Origin: a virus
Lineage: Duplodnaviria; Heunggongvirae; Uroviricota; Caudoviricetes
Length of the DNA: 41,038 nt
Reading direction: 5' to 3' (one strand)
Virus record (IMG/VR): IMGVR_UViG_2909262264_000002
Location: 1-41,038 of that record
Below are positions 38,023-41,038 of the stretch, in pieces. The notes under the pieces were generated by a model. The model did not search any database and was not told the origin of the DNA. It worked only from the letters and a program-made list of their open reading frames with translations. A program made the translations under genes and the position numbers. Position 1 is the first letter of the stretch, and every line of letters begins with the position of its first letter.

Positions 38023-38855
38023 TGGCGAAAAATGACTTTAAAGCGTTTGCAACTGATCGAAATGCCAATGTTATGTCGCAGGAGGAATGGGAAGCGTTGC
38101 CTGCGCTTATATCCGGATTTACAGCAGGGAAAGCATCCAGTGCGCAAGTCAATAAGGTTATTCGGCAGGCCAGCTTTATTGCTGCAGCTCTGGCCCAGTT
38201 TGTAAGTGATAAAACGCAACGGGATGTGCTTGATAATGGTGATCTGCCCGGTTTTGTTGAATTGCTGGGATCGGGGTTTGCTGTTGAATACCTGAGCCGC
38301 AAGAATCCGTTTGGCGATATCAAATCGGACGGCACGGTGAAAACGGCTCTCGAAAACCTTGGTTTGGGAGAAGGCTCAGCATTACCTGTTGGGGTGCCTG
38401 TTCCGTGGCCTTCAGCCACTCCGCCAACAGGCTGGCTGAAATGCAATGGTGCGGCTTTTTCTGCTGAAGAATACCCGGAACTGGCAAAGGCTTACCCGAC
38501 AAATAAATTGCCTGATTTACGCGGTGAATTTATTCGTGGATGGGATGATGAACGTGGTGTGGATAGTGGGCGAACTCTGCTTTCATCGCAAGGAGATGCT
38601 ATTCGAAACATTACTGGCGGTTTTGGTCAGTTGCGCGTAAACAGCGAAATTAATGCAATTGTCGATGTTCAAAGTGTGAGTGGGGCTTTTTACGGAGGTA
38701 CCTCAGTCCGGAATAACATCAATGTGTCTATGACATACGCTAATGACCGAAAAATCCGACAAGATGTTCACTTCTCGGCGGCAAATGTTGTTCCAACAGC
38801 AAATGAAAATCGTCCACGTAACATCGCCTTTAATTATATTGTGAGGGCTGCATGA
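38022..38855 (+). CDS. Tail fibre protein (about 277 aa), C-terminal part inside the invertible segment
   Basis: Phage tail-collar-like motif PVPWP...GWL.CNG...YP.L...LPDLRG.F.RG; start ATG overlaps the upstream stop (TGATG). Confidence 0.8.
   Translation: MAKNDFKAFATDRNANVMSQEEWEALPALISGFTAGKASSAQVNKVIRQASFIAAALAQFVSDKTQRDVLDNGDLPGFVELLGSGFAVEYLSRKNPFGDIKSDGTVKTALENLGLGEGSALPVGVPVPWPSATPPTGWLKCNGAAFSAEEYPELAKAYPTNKLPDLRGEFIRGWDDERGVDSGRTLLSSQGDAIRNITGGFGQLRVNSEINAIVDVQSVSGAFYGGTSVRNNINVSMTYANDRKIRQDVHFSAANVVPTANENRPRNIAFNYIVRAA
38350..38376. repeat. Left crossover site of the invertible segment (cix/gix-like)
   Basis: TCGAAAACCTTGGTTTGGGAGAAGG is the reverse complement (near-perfect) of the site at about 40251..40277. 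Confidence 0.6.
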
Positions 38856-39457
38856 TGAATAAAGCTGTATTAAATAGTGAACTCATTGCCATAAAAGCGG
38901 GAGACATTATCATTTATAATTATGATGGTGAAACGCGTGAATATATTTCTACATCAACTGAATATCTCGCTGTCGGCGTCGGTATCCCGGCATGTTCTTG
39001 TTTGGATGCACCAGGTACACATAAAGCTGGTTATGCAATCTGTCGCTCTGTAGATTTAAATTCATGGGAATATGTGCCAGATCATCGTGGTGAAATCGTC
39101 TATAGCACCGAAACAGGAGAATCGAAAAAAATCACAGCTCCGGGTGATTATCCTGAAAATACAACCACTATCGCCCCGTTAACGCCATACGATAAATGGA
39201 ATGGTGAGAAATGGGTGACAGATACCGAGGCACAGCACGGCGCAGCAGTAGATGCAGCAGAAGCACTGCGCCAGTCGCTGATTCATACTGCAATGGCCTC
39301 CATCAGTCTGATTCAACTGAAATTACAGGCCGGACGGAATCTGACGCAGGCAGAAACAACCCGCCTTAACGCTGTGCTGGATTACATTGACGCGGTGACG
39401 GCAACAGATACCAGCACCGCGCCGGATGTCATCTGGCCTGAACTGCCGGAGGCGTAG
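38852..39457 (+). CDS. Tail fibre assembly protein (201 aa)
   Basis: Position after the fibre gene; conserved C-terminal Tfa-like region (DY.DA...TDTS.APDV.WPE). Confidence 0.8.
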   Translation: MMNKAVLNSELIAIKAGDIIIYNYDGETREYISTSTEYLAVGVGIPACSCLDAPGTHKAGYAICRSVDLNSWEYVPDHRGEIVYSTETGESKKITAPGDYPENTTTIAPLTPYDKWNGEKWVTDTEAQHGAAVDAAEALRQSLIHTAMASISLIQLKLQAGRNLTQAETTRLNAVLDYIDAVTATDTSTAPDVIWPELPEA

Positions 39458-39872
39458 GCCATTCAATATCTGGCGCACCGGAAGTATCGATCAGCTCCAG
39501 TGCGTCCAGATAATCCAGCCACAAATTATATTGCGCCAGTTCGTCACCTTTCAGACGACCAATAGCGGCTTTACCGGGCCATTGCTTACTGTTCATGTAT
39601 TCGTTGGCCAGGTTAATTAGTAGCTGTCTTTCTGATTCAGTAATTTCAATAAGCTCTTCGTGAGTAGGTGGAGGAATATCTGCCCACGCAGGTAGTCCAT
39701 CCTCTCCCGCAATACGGACTTTTCCTTGTGGCGGTTCAGCCATAAACTCACTGACAATATTTTGATTCACCTCCTTAGCATCTGATAAATCCCATCCCTC
39801 TGATTTATATTTATCAATCATATCCACAGGGAAAAAAGCATTATGCCTTGCGCTATAAACATATTCGTTCAT
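39429..39872 (-). CDS. Alternative tail fibre assembly protein (147 aa), inverted orientation
   Basis: C-terminal [23 protein letters not shown] parallels the plus-strand Tfa C-terminus; convergent arrangement typical of G/C/P-type invertible segments. Confidence 0.8.
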   Translation of the reverse strand: MNEYVYSARHNAFFPVDMIDKYKSEGWDLSDAKEVNQNIVSEFMAEPPQGKVRIAGEDGLPAWADIPPPTHEELIEITESERQLLINLANEYMNSKQWPGKAAIGRLKGDELAQYNLWLDYLDALELIDTSGAPDIEWPTPPAVQAR

Positions 39873-39893
39873 ATTAAATCACCCTGAATAAAA

Positions 39894-40268
39894 TTACTCG
39901 CCAACAGCCCACCAACAGTAATTCATGGTAACAGTTGGACTTGTCGAGGTTGTTCTAAAGGCAGAATAAAACCCTGTTAACCCTGGCTCTTCAGTTGTCA
40001 TCATAAAACCACGACCACTCCCGGCAGTTGAACCACCATCACCAGAATGTGAAAGCAAGGCAATATCAGCTTTTTTAGGGAAAGGTATATTAAATTCTAC
40101 CCGTAGTGTCTGACTCGCAAGCGTAGGAGACACACGCCCACGACCATATTGCAGGATTTTCCCGTTGGGTAATTTCATCCATCCATCACCACTGGCAAAA
40201 GAGGCCATGTCCGGTATCTGATTCGCCCCTGTCCCCACATCCCGTTTTGCCGCTTCTCCCAAACCAAC
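39894..40268 (-). CDS. Alternative tail-fibre C-terminal segment (start-less until inverted)
   Basis: Minus-strand frame is open from the crossover site; it encodes ...[15 protein letters not shown]..., sharing the GLGE junction with the expressed fibre ([10 protein letters not shown]). Confidence 0.6.
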   Translation of the reverse strand, partial: VGLGEAAKRDVGTGANQIPDMASFASGDGWMKLPNGKILQYGRGRVSPTLASQTLRVEFNIPFPKKADIALLSHSGDGGSTAGSGRGFMMTTEEPGLTGFYSAFRTTSTSPTVTMNYCWWAVGE

Positions 40269-40277
40269 GTTTATGAA
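40251..40277. repeat. Right crossover site of the invertible segment (cix/gix-like)
   Basis: TTCTCCCAAACCAACGTTTATGAAAAT, resembling Gin/Cin/Pin recombination sites as I remember them. Confidence 0.6.
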
Positions 40278-40333
40278 AATGCAGAAATAACGAGCAAATG
40301 GCATCATTCCTGCTTTTGTCAGGGGGAGCTACC

Positions 40334-40447
40334 ATGCTTATTGGCTATGTACGCGTATCAACAAATGACCAGAACACAGATCTACAACGTAATGCGCTGA
40401 ACTGTGCAGGATGCGAGCTGATTTTTGAAGACAAGATAAGTAGTGCT
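40334..40447 (+). pseudogene. Serine DNA invertase (Pin/Gin/Cin family) remnant: only the first ~36 codons
   Basis: MLIGYVRVSTNDQNTDLQRNALNCAGCELIFEDKIS matches invertase N-termini including the catalytic Ser in YVRVST; homology ends abruptly and the frame runs into unrelated AT-rich sequence. Confidence 0.75.
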
Positions 40448-41038
40448 ATGGGGGTTAGGCATTATAATTGGTTGTTAAAAATCAATAAGTTTTGTATTGT
40501 TGTGATGATATTACCATCATGTTACAAGGTGTGGATTTTGGCGAAGTTACTATATGTAAAACCTATAACGATAAAAAAAGCAAATGAATTTGTTTCTATT
40601 TATCATCGACACCATCGACCAACGTCAAGGAATTCGGGCAGATGGGCTATAGCTGCCTACCACATAGATTCTGATGAATTGGTTGGTGTAGCGATAGTTG
40701 GAAATCCCGTATCTGCAACGTACATGGATGGTGTGACGGCAGAGATTACACGATTATGTGTCAGTGACAAATCTCCAAAAGGAACTTGCTCCTTTCTGAT
40801 TAGTCGATGTAGCACAATCTGGAAAATGATGGGAGGAGAAAAAATTATTACCTATACTCTAAGCAGTGAAACAGGCGCATCTTTAAAAGGTGCTGGGTGG
40901 CAGTTAGTTGGGACTGTACATCCTCATAATCGTTGGGCCGATAAAGCAAAGCAGGATGGAATAATTAGGGATAATTTAGAAATATATAAACTGAAGAAAT
41001 TTCGTTGGGAATGTTTACTCGGGGAGGTTCTAATATGA
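40448..41038 (+). CDS. Unknown protein encoded in-frame downstream of the invertase remnant (true start unknown)
   Basis: Markedly AT-rich DNA by eye; translation ...ANEFVSIYHRHHRPTSRNSGRWAIAAYHIDSDELVGVAIVGNPVSATYMDGVTAEITRLCV...KGAGWQLVG...; in-frame Met candidates at about 40448 and 40505; stop at the window end. Confidence 0.4.
   Translation: MGVRHYNWLLKINKFCIVVMILPSCYKVWILAKLLYVKPITIKKANEFVSIYHRHHRPTSRNSGRWAIAAYHIDSDELVGVAIVGNPVSATYMDGVTAEITRLCVSDKSPKGTCSFLISRCSTIWKMMGGEKIITYTLSSETGASLKGAGWQLVGTVHPHNRWADKAKQDGIIRDNLEIYKLKKFRWECLLGEVLI

Larger units (their letters stand above)
1..41038. mobile_element. Lambdoid prophage, mosaic (lambda / P22 / phi21-like early and lysis modules, Mu/SfV-like myovirus morphogenesis module); att sites not in window
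   Basis: Contiguous canonical gene order int-xis-red-N-repressor-cro-cII-O-P-nin-Q-lysis-terminase-head-tail-fibre; near-identity of many translated ORFs to remembered phage proteins. Confidence 0.9.

Noticed and set aside
37659-38502. Minus-strand ORFs 37659..38219, 37982..38446 and 38320..38502
   Set aside because: Antisense to the baseplate and fibre genes; no independent support.
40298-41038. 246-aa ORF as an intact invertase
   Set aside because: Only the first ~36 residues of the invertase part are invertase-like; the remainder is unrelated AT-rich sequence, so I call it a disrupted invertase plus an unknown downstream coding region.
1-41038. Prophage att sites and host flanks
   Set aside because: No direct repeat pair or host gene recognisable inside the window; the boundaries presumably lie outside it.

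Overview
The window is almost entirely one mosaic lambdoid prophage, read left to right from the integrase end; no att site is visible and the right end breaks off inside a disrupted invertase. Modules, all identified by reading the ORF-track proteins against remembered phage proteins (no search was run): lambda-type int/xis and Red recombination genes (exo, bet, gam, kil, cIII, ea10, ral, orf28) on the minus strand; a phi21-type N with a boxA/boxB nutL; a P22-type immunity region (c2 repressor, cro, cII-like); lambda-type O (with ori iterons), P, ren and a reduced nin region; a Q21-like antiterminator; two tRNA genes; a phi21-type lysis cassette (S21 pinholin, SAR endolysin, Rz/Rz1); then a Mu/SfV-like contractile-tail morphogenesis block ending in an invertible tail-fibre segment. 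Accessory cargo sits at four places: next to int (1.4-5.2 kb), between lysis and terminase (17.0-18.1 kb), inside the baseplate cluster (33.3-35.0 kb) and at the right end (40.4-41.0 kb). The strongest candidate for an undescribed system is the AT-richer, translationally coupled two-gene cassette at 33817..34976 with its own terminator, inserted between the baseplate hub and spike genes. Coordinates I placed by hand (tRNAs, nut sites, operators, terminators, crossover sites, trimmed starts) may be off by 1-2 nt; at one ORF (4011..4262) my hand count disagreed with the track by 1 nt.
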